64,000 bases of DNA. Source: Tubiluchus corallicola (taxonomy: Eukaryota; Animalia; Priapulida). The notes beneath the pieces were generated by a model. That model was not told where the DNA came from, ran no database searches, and saw only the letters and a list, made by a program, of their open reading frames with translations. Position numbers and translations under genes: made by a program. The stretch lies in NCBI GenBank assembly GCA_030141605.1, contig JAQGDQ010000347.1, positions 131,959 to 195,958 of the forward strand. Direction: 5' to 3'. Each line of letters starts with the position of its first letter. The first letter of the stretch is position 1. This document shows positions 39,968 to 51,026 of the stretch, in pieces.

Positions 39968-41341
39968 CTATTGATTAACCGTATAGCCTAGCTTTTGTAA
40001 ACCCTGTTGTACATCTTTATTTTTCATAAATAACTTCCATAATAACCCTGTACGGTAATTCTCAATCATAACCGGTATAGGTCCCTGGTCGATAGCCAGA
40101 TACCGTGGCAAATACCAGTTGTGTGTATGGCTGTATGCGTCATATGGGCCATATTTTCCTATTAGCGAATCGGCTTCGGTATATAGATACTTTAAAAACT
40201 GCATGGACTCTTTAGGCGTATATGGAAATGAACTTAAGGCTGCTGTTGGTGAAATCACGCCTAAGTCGCCATTGCCCGGATGATGACCGGCATATCCCTT
40301 CATGGAGTAACTTGATGTTAAACCCCATTGCTTAGGCCCGTAGCCTTTGTATTCTTTAGGATTATCTACGCAGTACTTATAATGAATTTTGGCATGATTA
40401 CGCGTCAATTCACCATAATCGGCATATTTATCTTTTAAGCCATTAGGATTTAATCCCAAATAGGAATAATGAGCCCAAAACAAAGGGCCAATTGGAATAT
40501 CGCTATGTTCAAAGTGATTTAAAACCGTTGGTAGCCCATAGTACACTGTGTCATTGCTAATATTTCCGCTGACGGTCCACCCCTCGTGATAAACCTCGGG
40601 TTTCACACCATGGGTTGGCGATGCAGCAGCTAAAATGTACATGATCAAACATTCGTTATAGCCGCCTACCGGGAAGTCCATTTCCCACTCATACTCAGGT
40701 GACCAGTGCCAGTATAATACATTTTCGCCTCCCTTAGTATACCAATCCCATTCAACCTCATGCCATAATTGCTCAATGTCTTTAACCAACTGTTGCTCTT
40801 CATCATTACCATCTTTAAAATACTCGGCCACAGTCAATAGCCCCTGAATCATAAAGGCCGTCTCCACCAAATCACCACCATTATCTTTTTTACTAAATGG
40901 CCGTACTTTACCTGTTCTGCCATCTAACCAATGAGGCCAGGCACCATGAAAGCGATCTGCTTTAGCCAAGAAATCAACTATTTGCTGATAGCGAGCAAGG
41001 GCCTCCTGTCGACTTACATAGCCACGCTCAACACCTACCAATATGGCCATAACGCCAAACCCTGATCCTCCTAACGTCACCACATGCTCATCGTTTTGCG
41101 GGTAAATTTTATCCATATGGATACGCTCACAAGCCATGCCTGAGTTAGGCTCAGCCCCCGTCCAGAAATACTGGAAAGTTTGATGCTGGATAGTATCCAT
41201 TAATTGCTCATCACTAAGATCACTCCAACTAATGCTCAAAGTGTTCGATTCTACTTTTTTAGATACTAAATTACAGCTAAATAAAGAGCCTATAAGCAGG
41301 CTACAAAGCAGTATGTTGGTATTCTTTCTTAAAGTATTCAT
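39968..41341 (-). CDS. GH144 endo-beta-1,2-glucanase (glucoamylase-like fold) lipoprotein
   Basis: TFQYFW…SGMACER, GGSGFG, DRFHGAWPHW, GGDLVET, GYNECL, GPLFWAHYS, YLAIDQGP. Confidence 0.88.
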   Translation of the reverse strand: MNTLRKNTNILLCSLLIGSLFSCNLVSKKVESNTLSISWSDLSDEQLMDTIQHQTFQYFWTGAEPNSGMACERIHMDKIYPQNDEHVVTLGGSGFGVMAILVGVERGYVSRQEALARYQQIVDFLAKADRFHGAWPHWLDGRTGKVRPFSKKDNGGDLVETAFMIQGLLTVAEYFKDGNDEEQQLVKDIEQLWHEVEWDWYTKGGENVLYWHWSPEYEWEMDFPVGGYNECLIMYILAAASPTHGVKPEVYHEGWTVSGNISNDTVYYGLPTVLNHFEHSDIPIGPLFWAHYSYLGLNPNGLKDKYADYGELTRNHAKIHYKYCVDNPKEYKGYGPKQWGLTSSYSMKGYAGHHPGNGDLGVISPTAALSSFPYTPKESMQFLKYLYTEADSLIGKYGPYDAYSHTHNWYLPRYLAIDQGPIPVMIENYRTGLLWKLFMKNKDVQQGLQKLGYTVNQ

Positions 41342-41383
41342 TTGTGGTAGTTTTATTTGTAATATGGGTTTTATCCTATTTCT

Positions 41384-41533
41384 TTATTCAGTAAATATTT
41401 TAGCTATACAAAGGTCTGTTGCTAATGGCACTGATATAATTGTAACACCTGGACTTTTATTCCTTCAAGTGAAATACACAAGCTACTATCGCCAGTGTCA
41501 TCAACACAAATAGCATTTTCTAATATCCTTCAT
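41384..41533 (-). pseudogene. Internally deleted remnant of a PUL lipoprotein gene (possible surface glycan-binding protein)
   Basis: ATG at 41533 just after susD; out-of-frame VLMTLAIVAC lipobox; short tail ending in TAA at 41384. Confidence 0.45.
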
Positions 41534-41564
41534 GGTTGCATTAAATTTAAATCTGCTAAAGAAA

Positions 41565-43142
41565 CTACTCTTGTATTGTATGTTTTAAAATAGGTAAAGC
41601 ATCAGACTGCTCAAGAGGGTATGGCAAAAAGACTTTATCCGCAGCAAATGATCTACCATCATAGCTTAACTCACTATAGCGTTCCAAGCGCACCATATCA
41701 TAGAAACGGATGCCCCATTCCATGGCCAGCTCAGCATATTTCTCATCCATCACATCATCTAAACTCACACTACTAAGTGCAGCTAAATTTGCACGGGAAC
41801 GGATAGCATTGACAGCTTCCAAAGCCGTCAACTCAGGACTTAATGCCCCATGAACCAATGCTTCTGCATGCATAAGCAATATTTCGGCATAACGAATAAC
41901 TGTATAGTTTTTATTGGACCCATAGCTTGTTCTACCCGGAATTAATTGTATAGAAGGCAAATAATGTTTTCCACTTGCAAAATAAGCTCGTGCATAGTCG
42001 TTAATGATATCGCCGTCTCTGGTGGTATTCGACACAAAAGGCGGTAGATCGGTATAGTTAGGATCTTCCATTAATTTGTCAATACCCCTGTCGGTAAATA
42101 AAACACTGGTTTCTAAGCGGATCGTCTCACCTCTGTCAAGCATAAACTTAATGAATTTAAAACTAGGCTCGTAGAAACCCCATCCTGAACCCGCACCTTC
42201 AACTGCCGGTGTCCAATTCTGAGGACCATAAAAAGCAAATAGATGGCCGATTCGGTCTCCTGTACTTTGCCCAAAGTCGGAATACTGCAATTCCAGAATA
42301 TTCTCGCGATTAAGTTTACCTGGTATTTTAAACAGCTGATAAAAATCGCTTTCTAAGCGATATCCTCCTTCACTTATAATTTTAGACGTTGCATCTGCCA
42401 CCCCTTGATAGTTTTTAAGCTCAAGTTGTGCAATAGCCTCGATTGCCAGAGCAGTAAACTTATTAACACCACCTGGAACATCCACTCGTTCTCCTGGATG
42501 AATGCTTACCAGGTCACCCTGCACCATCTTCATCTGATCAACAATGTATTGCATAACTTCTGCTTTTTTCTTGGGCTGCAATCCATATAGCTCACTTGGC
42601 TGTGATGTTTCAGGTAGCATAATTGCACCAAATGATCTGGAAATCTGAAGTAACCAAAAGGAGCGTAAGACTATAGCTTCCCCTTTATACTGACTAACCA
42701 ACGTTTTCGACACACCAGCTTGTCTGTATTTTTCAAACTCTTCAATGGCACCATTGAACTTAAAAATGTCGCTATAGAAGCTTTTCCACACTGAGTTTAT
42801 CATCCAAAACCCTTCATCATAAACGTAGCGATCCATATCAGCAAAACCTTGCTGATCACCTTCTCCCCCATGGTTAACATCATCACCCCTCACTGCAATG
42901 GATGGTATGTCTTCCCATCCTCTGGAGGTTATTTCAGAATATACACCCACCAAGGAGGCATACATATTTGACTCGCTGGTGTAATCAATTTCTTCAACAT
43001 ACGTTCTATTTTCAGGCAGTTCATCCAGTAAATCGTAACACGAAGTATTAAGCAGTGTGCTAACTGCCAAAAACAGGACACTTAACTTGACTTTATGAGT
43101 TGTTTTCATTATTCCATTTTTAAAGTTATTCTTATGCTTCAT
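41565..43142 (-). CDS. SusD-family lipoprotein
   Basis: Lipobox NTSC; IRYAEILLMHAEA, EKYAELAMEWGIRFYDMVR. Confidence 0.92.
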   Translation of the reverse strand: MKHKNNFKNGIMKTTHKVKLSVLFLAVSTLLNTSCYDLLDELPENRTYVEEIDYTSESNMYASLVGVYSEITSRGWEDIPSIAVRGDDVNHGGEGDQQGFADMDRYVYDEGFWMINSVWKSFYSDIFKFNGAIEEFEKYRQAGVSKTLVSQYKGEAIVLRSFWLLQISRSFGAIMLPETSQPSELYGLQPKKKAEVMQYIVDQMKMVQGDLVSIHPGERVDVPGGVNKFTALAIEAIAQLELKNYQGVADATSKIISEGGYRLESDFYQLFKIPGKLNRENILELQYSDFGQSTGDRIGHLFAFYGPQNWTPAVEGAGSGWGFYEPSFKFIKFMLDRGETIRLETSVLFTDRGIDKLMEDPNYTDLPPFVSNTTRDGDIINDYARAYFASGKHYLPSIQLIPGRTSYGSNKNYTVIRYAEILLMHAEALVHGALSPELTALEAVNAIRSRANLAALSSVSLDDVMDEKYAELAMEWGIRFYDMVRLERYSELSYDGRSFAADKVFLPYPLEQSDALPILKHTIQE

Positions 43143-43154
43143 TTCAATAATTTT

Positions 43155-46100
43155 TTAAAACTTCACATTTAAGCCGATGGTGTATGAAGCCGAGATAGGA
43201 TAGGTTTGATTATCTACTCCACTAGGTATTTCAGGATTAAATCCATTGTACTTCGTAAATGTTATCGGACGATCGGCTGTCAAGGTGATCTGAGTATCCG
43301 GCCAGTCCACCCCAAGTAAGGTTCTATCAGTTATAGAATACCCCAACACAACATTCTGAATTCTAAAGAATGAACCGTCCTCAACAAAGTAGTCGCTCAT
43401 TTTCTGATTCCAGCCTTTGCGCAGCCCTGCAGAAGAAACATATTTATTGGATGTTCCTTCGCCTCGCCAAAGGTTAGAGGATAAATCGGCATCTATGTTA
43501 CCATCTGATGTCCAAATTACCTCTCCTCTTTTGCGATTTAAAATTTTGTTTCCGCTCTGTCCATATAAACTGGATGAAAGACTCCAATTTCTATAATTTA
43601 ACCCTAGTTCAAGTCCATATGTGAATGCAGGAAAGTAGGAACCTAAGAAGACACGATCCTTATCATCTATTACTCCATCATTGTTCTGATCCACATATTT
43701 ATAGTCACCGGGTTCAATATTTTGTCCGCTAGCGATAGCAGCGACAGCAGTTGGGTCAGCATCAATCTCAGATTGATTTTGATATACGCCGGAAATATTC
43801 CAGCCATAGAACGACATCAAAGGCTTGCCCACCTGACTGCGTTGACGGAACTCAGCCTGTCCAGCATCGACATATGGTTGCCCATAAAGATCACGCACTT
43901 CATTCTTTAATGTTGACATATTGAAGCTAATACTGTAAGTCCAATTTGTACTGATCCTATCATTCCATCCTAAAGCCATTTCAAATCCACTATTTCGTAT
44001 AACTCCCACATTGCGCAGAGTAGAAAAACTGGTAAAAGGCTCACGAACCTTAATGGCTGCATTCTTAGTATCTCTGATATAGTAATCAGCATCAACTGAC
44101 AACCTGAAATTTAACAACTTAGCTGTTAGGCCAAAGTTTGCCTCTTCACTTACTTCCCATTGTAGATATGAAAATATATTTTGTGTAACTGTGCCAGGCA
44201 CACGCACGTCTTCAAGTGCAGCATAAACCACATTCGCAACAACTGTCCCATCATTCGCCGGAATGTTGTTGTTGCCTAGTTCTCCCCAGCTTAAGCGTAA
44301 TTTAAGATAATCTACTAAAGAAATATTTGAAAAGAAGTTTTCTTCTGAAATTACCCAACCTACTCCAATAGTTGGAAAGTATCCCCATTTTTCCTGATAC
44401 TTTGAGCTTCCATCTGCTCGGTATGTTCCATAAAGTAGATATCTATTTTTAAAATTATAAGAAATACGTCCAAAGTAGGAAATGCCATAATAGTGCGACC
44501 CCCAATCACTAACAGAGCCCTCAGGAATAACTTTACATTGGTTGAGGTACCATGATTTTTCATCTTGATATGGAAAATCTAAACCTGTTGCATAGAAACC
44601 CAAACTAGCATCACTTCTAAACGAGTGTCCAGCCATAGCAGTAAGGTAATGATCACCAAAAGAGTTTGTATATGTCAAAATATTGTCAAGAGTTTCTTCA
44701 TTGAAATTGTTGTCTACACGTCTGATAGATGCCTCTTCAGGTAAACGTTGTGTTTGCCAGCCAATATCGTATGGTAACCTTACATATCGTTCTTTATAAT
44801 TGGACACATTTTTATTATAAGTGATTTTAAAATTCAACTTATTGGGGATAAAATTAAATTGGGCATAAAAGCTGGCTAATGTTTTTTGAATAACCAGATC
44901 ATTTCTGCTATAGTTCATTGCCACAAAAGGATTCTGATACCCCCTAAATCCTAGAGCCTTAGCATTTGCTAAGGTTCCTGTTTCCTCATCGAACTTAGGA
45001 AAAATAGGAACTGCAAAATAAGCTTGTTTCCATGCTCCCGACTCTGGTGCCGCCTTGTCGGCATCACTGTAAATAATGTTGCCTCCAACAGTTAACCAAT
45101 CTCTTGCATCATAGTCAACTTTCAGTCGTAGATTCAATCGACTATAGTCATTGGGCATATCCAAAATACCTTTTTGATTAAAATAATTAACCCCTAAAGC
45201 GTATGTGATATCTTCGCCGCCTCCGGCAACATTAAAGCTATGATTCTGTATAGGTGCACTACGCATAATCTCTTTATACCAATCGGTATTAACAGCTGGC
45301 ACATTAGGATTAATGTGGCTACGTCCGTATCGTTGTATAGCCTCTTCAATTTTAGCAATATCGGCATCCGAACCAGACTCCATTATTACTTGAGTATACT
45401 GCTCCGCATTAGACATCTTAAGTACATCTGTAGGAACCTGAACACCATAATACCCGCTATAATCTACTGAAGCTCTTTGATTTTTTTTGCCACCTCTAGT
45501 TTCGATTAGTACAACACCATTAGCAGCACGTACACCGTAAATGGCTGCCGAAGATGCATCTTTTAATACAGATATGGACTCAATATCGGACGGATTTAAA
45601 AAATCAATATTATTATATAACACTCCATCCACTACATATAGTGGGTTCTCACTGTTATTGCCCGGGTAAGATCCAATACCACGAACGCGTATAGTTGGTG
45701 ATTCGCCAGGTGCACCTGCCCCAACCACTTGTACCCCTGCTACTTTTCCCTGAAGTGCTTGAACAGCTTGCCCGGAAGCTGTTCTAAGTAACTCCTCAGA
45801 CTTTACAGTAGTAATGGATGAAGTCAAGTCTTTTACCTTCATTTGCCCATATCCAACAACTACAACTTCATCCACCAACTCACTGTTTCCCTGCAATACA
45901 ACGTTAATTAAAGTTCGCCCTCCTACAGCATGCCTTTGTTCCCCCATTCCTATAAATGAAAAAACAAGTGTAGCGTCAGACGGAACGTTACCTAAAACAT
46001 AATTACCATCAATGTCAGTTATAGTACCGGTTATAGTACCTTCAACTACCACGTTGACACCTATAATCGCTTCTCCTCCGACATCTGTGACTTTACCGTG

Positions 46101-46256
46101 AATGGTAATTTCTTGTGCCCGTAAGACATTCATAAAAGCAAACAGTAGCATAATCATAGCCACCATCACCATCTTTGATTTCCTTTGCATACGCACATTT
46201 GCTGAGTAGCTAAGAAAGAAAACTAAGATGTTTTTCAGATTTAGTTTTGAATCCAT
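43155..46256 (-). CDS. SusC-family TonB-dependent transporter
   Basis: VDEVVVVGY, DIESISVLKDASSAAIYGVRAANGVVLI, C-terminal Phe. Confidence 0.95.
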   Translation of the reverse strand: MDSKLNLKNILVFFLSYSANVRMQRKSKMVMVAMIMLLFAFMNVLRAQEITIHGKVTDVGGEAIIGVNVVVEGTITGTITDIDGNYVLGNVPSDATLVFSFIGMGEQRHAVGGRTLINVVLQGNSELVDEVVVVGYGQMKVKDLTSSITTVKSEELLRTASGQAVQALQGKVAGVQVVGAGAPGESPTIRVRGIGSYPGNNSENPLYVVDGVLYNNIDFLNPSDIESISVLKDASSAAIYGVRAANGVVLIETRGGKKNQRASVDYSGYYGVQVPTDVLKMSNAEQYTQVIMESGSDADIAKIEEAIQRYGRSHINPNVPAVNTDWYKEIMRSAPIQNHSFNVAGGGEDITYALGVNYFNQKGILDMPNDYSRLNLRLKVDYDARDWLTVGGNIIYSDADKAAPESGAWKQAYFAVPIFPKFDEETGTLANAKALGFRGYQNPFVAMNYSRNDLVIQKTLASFYAQFNFIPNKLNFKITYNKNVSNYKERYVRLPYDIGWQTQRLPEEASIRRVDNNFNEETLDNILTYTNSFGDHYLTAMAGHSFRSDASLGFYATGLDFPYQDEKSWYLNQCKVIPEGSVSDWGSHYYGISYFGRISYNFKNRYLLYGTYRADGSSKYQEKWGYFPTIGVGWVISEENFFSNISLVDYLKLRLSWGELGNNNIPANDGTVVANVVYAALEDVRVPGTVTQNIFSYLQWEVSEEANFGLTAKLLNFRLSVDADYYIRDTKNAAIKVREPFTSFSTLRNVGVIRNSGFEMALGWNDRISTNWTYSISFNMSTLKNEVRDLYGQPYVDAGQAEFRQRSQVGKPLMSFYGWNISGVYQNQSEIDADPTAVAAIASGQNIEPGDYKYVDQNNDGVIDDKDRVFLGSYFPAFTYGLELGLNYRNWSLSSSLYGQSGNKILNRKRGEVIWTSDGNIDADLSSNLWRGEGTSNKYVSSAGLRKGWNQKMSDYFVEDGSFFRIQNVVLGYSITDRTLLGVDWPDTQITLTADRPITFTKYNGFNPEIPSGVDNQTYPISASYTIGLNVKF

Positions 46257-46465
46257 AAGATGCTTAGTTTAGATTAATGATTATCCATAATATCCCTAAA
46301 TGCATTTTTATTACTCACAACAGCCACCTATAATCTTCTGAATAAGGCCTACTCTGAGTATTTTCTGTTGAAACTTTATAGGCAAGGTAGCTTTGTAAAA
46401 AATCCGGTTTGATACTGTGTTCAGCAGTTGTTTTTTTAGTATTACTGATAGCTACATATATACCT

Positions 46466-46965
46466 TGTATGCCTCCCAAAAAACTAGACAGTTTAAAAGT
46501 AGACAAAATAATAACCTTAAACTGTAACTATAAAAAGATCAACATTTAGTAAGACGCAAATCCTGAAGATCTTAAAAAGAGTATGAATCCAGTCGCGATG
46601 TAAACGTCATTTGCCGTGAACATGGCGTATCCAGAGCAACTTTCTATAGGCTGGGAAAAACAAAATTAAGATAGCATATATACAATCGAGTAAACTAATG
46701 CAGAGTACCTATGTGGAAGTACTTAATCGATTATACCGGGAAGATATTTTGGATACCTATTTGCTTGAGGATATTGAACAGATAAAAGAGCCTTCAGATC
46801 GGTGGATGGAAAGCTTATAATTCTTTTAATCCTCAATGCATTAGGAAAAATGAATCTATGGAATTATACCCGCCGATTTACTCAATGGGGCTACCCTCAT
46901 TGAAGAACAGGAACAACAAAAAGAAGTGCCTATATTAGACTTACCTGAAAAGAGGTAAGGCTTCA
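46466..46965 (+). mobile_element. Internally deleted IS3-family remnant
   Basis: TG…CA ends. OrfA remnants FSKTQILKILK / EYES…ICREHGVSRATFY are joined to OrfB C-terminal remnants MQSTYVEVLNRLYREDILDTYL…W. Confidence 0.72.
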
Positions 46966-46992
46966 ATGCACCATTGGAGTCTCAAAACTTAT

Positions 46993-48345
46993 CTATTTCC
47001 ACTCCGGATAATTGGTGTTAATTTGTTCAAATTCTCTTTTCAACATACTCTCCTGTTGCGTGAGCATACTATCAGGTATTGCTCTCTTTTCCTCTGGATC
47101 CAGTGATAAATTATAAAAGCGTCCATCCTGGTACCACTTATAATCCTGATTGCGAATAAACCGGTTACGATGCTTATTCACTTTTTTACTCCATATCGGG
47201 TCATAATGAACCACAACATGTTCTCTAGGGGTGTATACTTTGTTGGTTAATAAAGGCAGTAGGCTATGGCCATCGGTTACAGAAGTATCATTTACGATAT
47301 CCGTAAAAGTAGCAAAGAAGTCACTAAACCCAACCAAATGATTTATTTTTTCTGGCTGCCTTATCTGTTTGGGCCAAACCATCATTAGTGGAACATGTGT
47401 CCCCCGACCTAACATTGTGCCTTTCCCGCCTTGCACAATCCCTGTTGTTGTAGCAGACTTTATTTTCCGATCAGTTCCATTATCAGCCGTAAAGATTAAG
47501 AGAGTATTATTATCAACACCCATTTTCTTCGTGTGATTATGTACTTTACCAACAATACGATCTAGGTAGTTGACCATGCTTTTAAAATATACTGTATCAT
47601 TTTTGTACCGTTGGTCTTTTGATTGCCAGATCGAATCTTGTGGCGTTGGAACAAATGGTGCATGCGGTAACACCATCGGATAATACACAAAAAATGGATC
47701 ATCCTTGTGTCGAGTAATAAAATCACAGATAAAGTCACTAAATACATCAGGACCATATGCATCTTCACTAACAATCAATTGCTTACCATTCTGCTCTATG
47801 AATGGTGCTGCATAGCGTTCGCGCATTACACCATTTTTACCCCAAACAACTTTTGACAACTGCCATAAACAGTATTCATCGAAGCCAAAATCTCTAGGTC
47901 TCTCAGGGTTATCCCAGCCCGGCTTTCTATCACTCTTCCAAGAGAGTCCATTTAGCTGCCATTTACCAGCAATACATGTTGAGTAGCCTGCTTCTTTTAG
48001 CACATGCGCAAAAGTACGCTCTCCATCGGCCAAATGACCAAAGGCGCTGTAATTACGATAGTTATTAAGCCCGGTCATAATCTTCACCCTGGACGGTGTA
48101 CAAAGAGGCTGCGAATAACAGTGGCGGAAGTTCAAACCCTTTTTCACAAGTTCGTCTATATTTGGGGTTTGATACGATGTACTCCCATTGGCACCTATAC
48201 ACTCATAGCCCATATCATCGGCCATGATCAATATTATATTTGGCAAGTTATCTACATGCTTTTTTCTATGCTGAGTACAACCCATCAGGCTGCTTAATAA
48301 TAAAAGTAGTGATAGTGTTTCTATAGGTGAGAAGAAAAACTTCAT
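46993..48345 (-). CDS. Cys-type S1 sulfatase lipoprotein
   Basis: PNIILIMADDMG, CTPSR, AGKWQL, FTADNG, GGKG. Confidence 0.93.
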   Translation of the reverse strand: MKFFFSPIETLSLLLLLSSLMGCTQHRKKHVDNLPNIILIMADDMGYECIGANGSTSYQTPNIDELVKKGLNFRHCYSQPLCTPSRVKIMTGLNNYRNYSAFGHLADGERTFAHVLKEAGYSTCIAGKWQLNGLSWKSDRKPGWDNPERPRDFGFDEYCLWQLSKVVWGKNGVMRERYAAPFIEQNGKQLIVSEDAYGPDVFSDFICDFITRHKDDPFFVYYPMVLPHAPFVPTPQDSIWQSKDQRYKNDTVYFKSMVNYLDRIVGKVHNHTKKMGVDNNTLLIFTADNGTDRKIKSATTTGIVQGGKGTMLGRGTHVPLMMVWPKQIRQPEKINHLVGFSDFFATFTDIVNDTSVTDGHSLLPLLTNKVYTPREHVVVHYDPIWSKKVNKHRNRFIRNQDYKWYQDGRFYNLSLDPEEKRAIPDSMLTQQESMLKREFEQINTNYPEWK

Positions 48346-48660
48346 TTTTGTCTTCTTTTGCCGTTGAATGATATTTTTATATGGCTTAAGTTATCAGTAC
48401 TGTCTTAATACCCATTGCTTACCATTATTGTTGAATAAAACAGTAGCTCCCCTTCTATTTTAGATTGTTGTATGTTGCTTCAAAAACTACAACATACCCT
48501 TGAAGCAAAATTCACATAAATACTCCTTTGGGGATAGTTTACAAACACCTTCTCCAAGAAAATGTTAAGATAATTAAAATTAGAGGCAAAATATCTTCTC
48601 ATTATTGTTATTTTAAGTTACCTCTTACATGGTTATATTTTAAGTTCCCCGAGACAATCA

Positions 48661-48702
48661 CTTACCCGCAAGCTAGGCATTATAATACCTAGCTTGGGTA
48701 AG
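48661..48702 (-). terminator. Hairpin downstream of the GH20 gene
   Basis: CTTACCC-GCAAGCTAGG…CCTAGCTTG-GGTAAG. Confidence 0.6.
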
Positions 48703-48709
48703 ATAAAAC

Positions 48710-50995
48710 CTAATATGTAAAATCCTCTGGCTTTAATGCTTTAAACTTCTTATCGCTTTCTTTTCTATAAAATATTCTTACTCCATTCCACGCCTGAGGC
48801 CATCCACCCTTAATAGAATTGATGCAAATCATTTTTACAGGATGTAGACCTTTCTGAAGTGCTATTGTAGCATCATTTCTCGAGTGCTTCTTAACTTCTC
48901 CATCGTTACTAATAAGGAGACGATTCGCAATCCATAGTTCATCCATATTTGATGAGAAACGATATATGCCTTTCTCAGGAATATTTAGATATGCTTCGAA
49001 AATAGCCGCATTATCATTCTTTTTTGAATCAAGCAGAGCATTTGCCTCCTTATAGGTTGAAACTGTCTTTTTCGTCCACTCTTTAACAACATTGACATCT
49101 TTAATTTCATGGAATTGTCCTTCTGCGAGTTTCACGGTTAGTCCTATATTAGTGGCATCAACTTCAACCGGTTGTATATACTCACTTTTTTCTACTATCA
49201 CCGTTCTTACTTTCCCAAGCTTGCCTGTTGGAAGAGCAGTTCGTATTTTCAATACAGCTGTTTCATTAAATTTGACTGCTCCGCTATATGGGGTTGATTT
49301 TAAATTCGGTTCTGATCCATTAACTGTATAAAACATCTCAATTGGACGAGTGGTCGTAAAATTCAGGGCAATAGAATCAACAAATGTCATTTTATTACAA
49401 GGCCCCTCAGGCATAGGAATATGATAATTTATATCATGAAGATCCATGCGCACAAACTGATTATTTATTCGCTCTTTAAAAGAACTGAAGTCTTTTAAAT
49501 CTTTATTTGTCCAATTAACCTCTGCTAAAGCAATAATTCGAGGATAGACTCTGTATTCAACCAGGTCAGGCGTGTACATGTACTCTGTCCATACATTGCC
49601 CTGTGTCCCTAAAATATGTTTACTCATTTCAGGAGATAGCTTGGCTGGTACCGGCTCGTAACCATAACACTCCTCTAATGTTGTGTATCCGCCAATGGCT
49701 ACCGGCTCTAATTTAGGGCTACCCTGATAATGATCGAGGTAACACCAACCATTGGGTGTCATAATCACATCATGACCGTGTGTGGCTGCTTCAATACCAC
49801 CTTTTTCACCACGCCACGACATGACTACTGCTGTTTCAGCCAGCCCGCCTTCCAAAATTTCGTCCCAACCAATCATTTTCTTGCCTTGTGCCAGTAAAAC
49901 CTTTTCAATCCTTTTAATAAAATAGCTCTGTAGCTCATGCTCATCTTTTAACCTCTCCTGCTTTATCCGTTTCTGACACAAAGGACAGCTCTTCCAACGC
50001 TCTTTAGGACATTCATCTCCTCCAATATGAAAATATGGAGAAGGGAACAATCCGATAACTTCCAAAATAATTTCTTTTAAGAATTCAAATGTCTCTTCTT
50101 TTCCGGCACAATAAACATCCGGTTCCACACCCCATATGTTTCTTACCTTAAAAGGGCCTCCGGTACATGAATATTCCGGGTAAGCAGTTAAAGCTGCCAG
50201 TGCATGACCTGGTAGTTCAATTTCCGGCACAACATCGATCATACGTTCGGCTGCATAAGCAACTATCTCTTTCACTTGCTCCTGCGTGTAATAGCCTCCA
50301 TATTCATAACCTTCACCCTCTATACGCTTAGAGCCAATTTCGGTAAGGAGAGGATATTTTTTTATCTCTATCCGCCAGCCCTGATCTTCTGTAAGATGCC
50401 AATGAAAAGTATTGAGTTTGAACATCGACATCATGTCGAGATGCTTTTTTATATTCTCTACAGGTACAAAGTGGCGGCAAACATCAAGGTGCATACCTCT
50501 CCACTTAAAACGAGGTTGGTCTTTTATTGAAACAGCTGGCATATTCCATTTCACAGTCTTGATAACTTGCTTACTTTCAATTTCTGCGGGCAATAACTGC
50601 ATCATTGTTTGTAAACCATAAAAAATACCTTTGGCTGATGACGCTGATATAAAAACTGATTGCGGACTAACAACAAGGTTATACTCTTCTTCTTTTAAGC
50701 TTAAATCACCCTTTAGTTGAATGAAGTTATTCGAAGGAACATCTGATGAAACTTTTAAAGAATAACCTGTTGACAACCTCATTTTAGCAGCGAAAAACTC
50801 AGCTACTTTTAGGTTTTCTTCATCATTTACAGAAAATACTGTTTTATCATTCAATTTAAACTCCCCATCATGCTCAAGCACTGAGTTTGGTAACGGCACA
50901 ATGTTAATGCCTTCATTATAACTTTTAGGCTGCTTGTCGCCAGAACATGCACTTAAAAGAAAAATAAGTGCGAAAATTACATTTAGATATTTCAT
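48710..50995 (-). CDS. GH20 beta-N-acetylhexosaminidase with chitobiase C-terminal and PA14-like domains
   Basis: RGMHLDVCRHF, HWHLTEDQGWR, PEIELPGH, HIGGDE, QGNVWTEY. Confidence 0.95.
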   Translation of the reverse strand: MKYLNVIFALIFLLSACSGDKQPKSYNEGINIVPLPNSVLEHDGEFKLNDKTVFSVNDEENLKVAEFFAAKMRLSTGYSLKVSSDVPSNNFIQLKGDLSLKEEEYNLVVSPQSVFISASSAKGIFYGLQTMMQLLPAEIESKQVIKTVKWNMPAVSIKDQPRFKWRGMHLDVCRHFVPVENIKKHLDMMSMFKLNTFHWHLTEDQGWRIEIKKYPLLTEIGSKRIEGEGYEYGGYYTQEQVKEIVAYAAERMIDVVPEIELPGHALAALTAYPEYSCTGGPFKVRNIWGVEPDVYCAGKEETFEFLKEIILEVIGLFPSPYFHIGGDECPKERWKSCPLCQKRIKQERLKDEHELQSYFIKRIEKVLLAQGKKMIGWDEILEGGLAETAVVMSWRGEKGGIEAATHGHDVIMTPNGWCYLDHYQGSPKLEPVAIGGYTTLEECYGYEPVPAKLSPEMSKHILGTQGNVWTEYMYTPDLVEYRVYPRIIALAEVNWTNKDLKDFSSFKERINNQFVRMDLHDINYHIPMPEGPCNKMTFVDSIALNFTTTRPIEMFYTVNGSEPNLKSTPYSGAVKFNETAVLKIRTALPTGKLGKVRTVIVEKSEYIQPVEVDATNIGLTVKLAEGQFHEIKDVNVVKEWTKKTVSTYKEANALLDSKKNDNAAIFEAYLNIPEKGIYRFSSNMDELWIANRLLISNDGEVKKHSRNDATIALQKGLHPVKMICINSIKGGWPQAWNGVRIFYRKESDKKFKALKPEDFTY

Positions 50996-51026
50996 ACAAC
51001 TTGATTACTTATTATGTTTAACAGAC

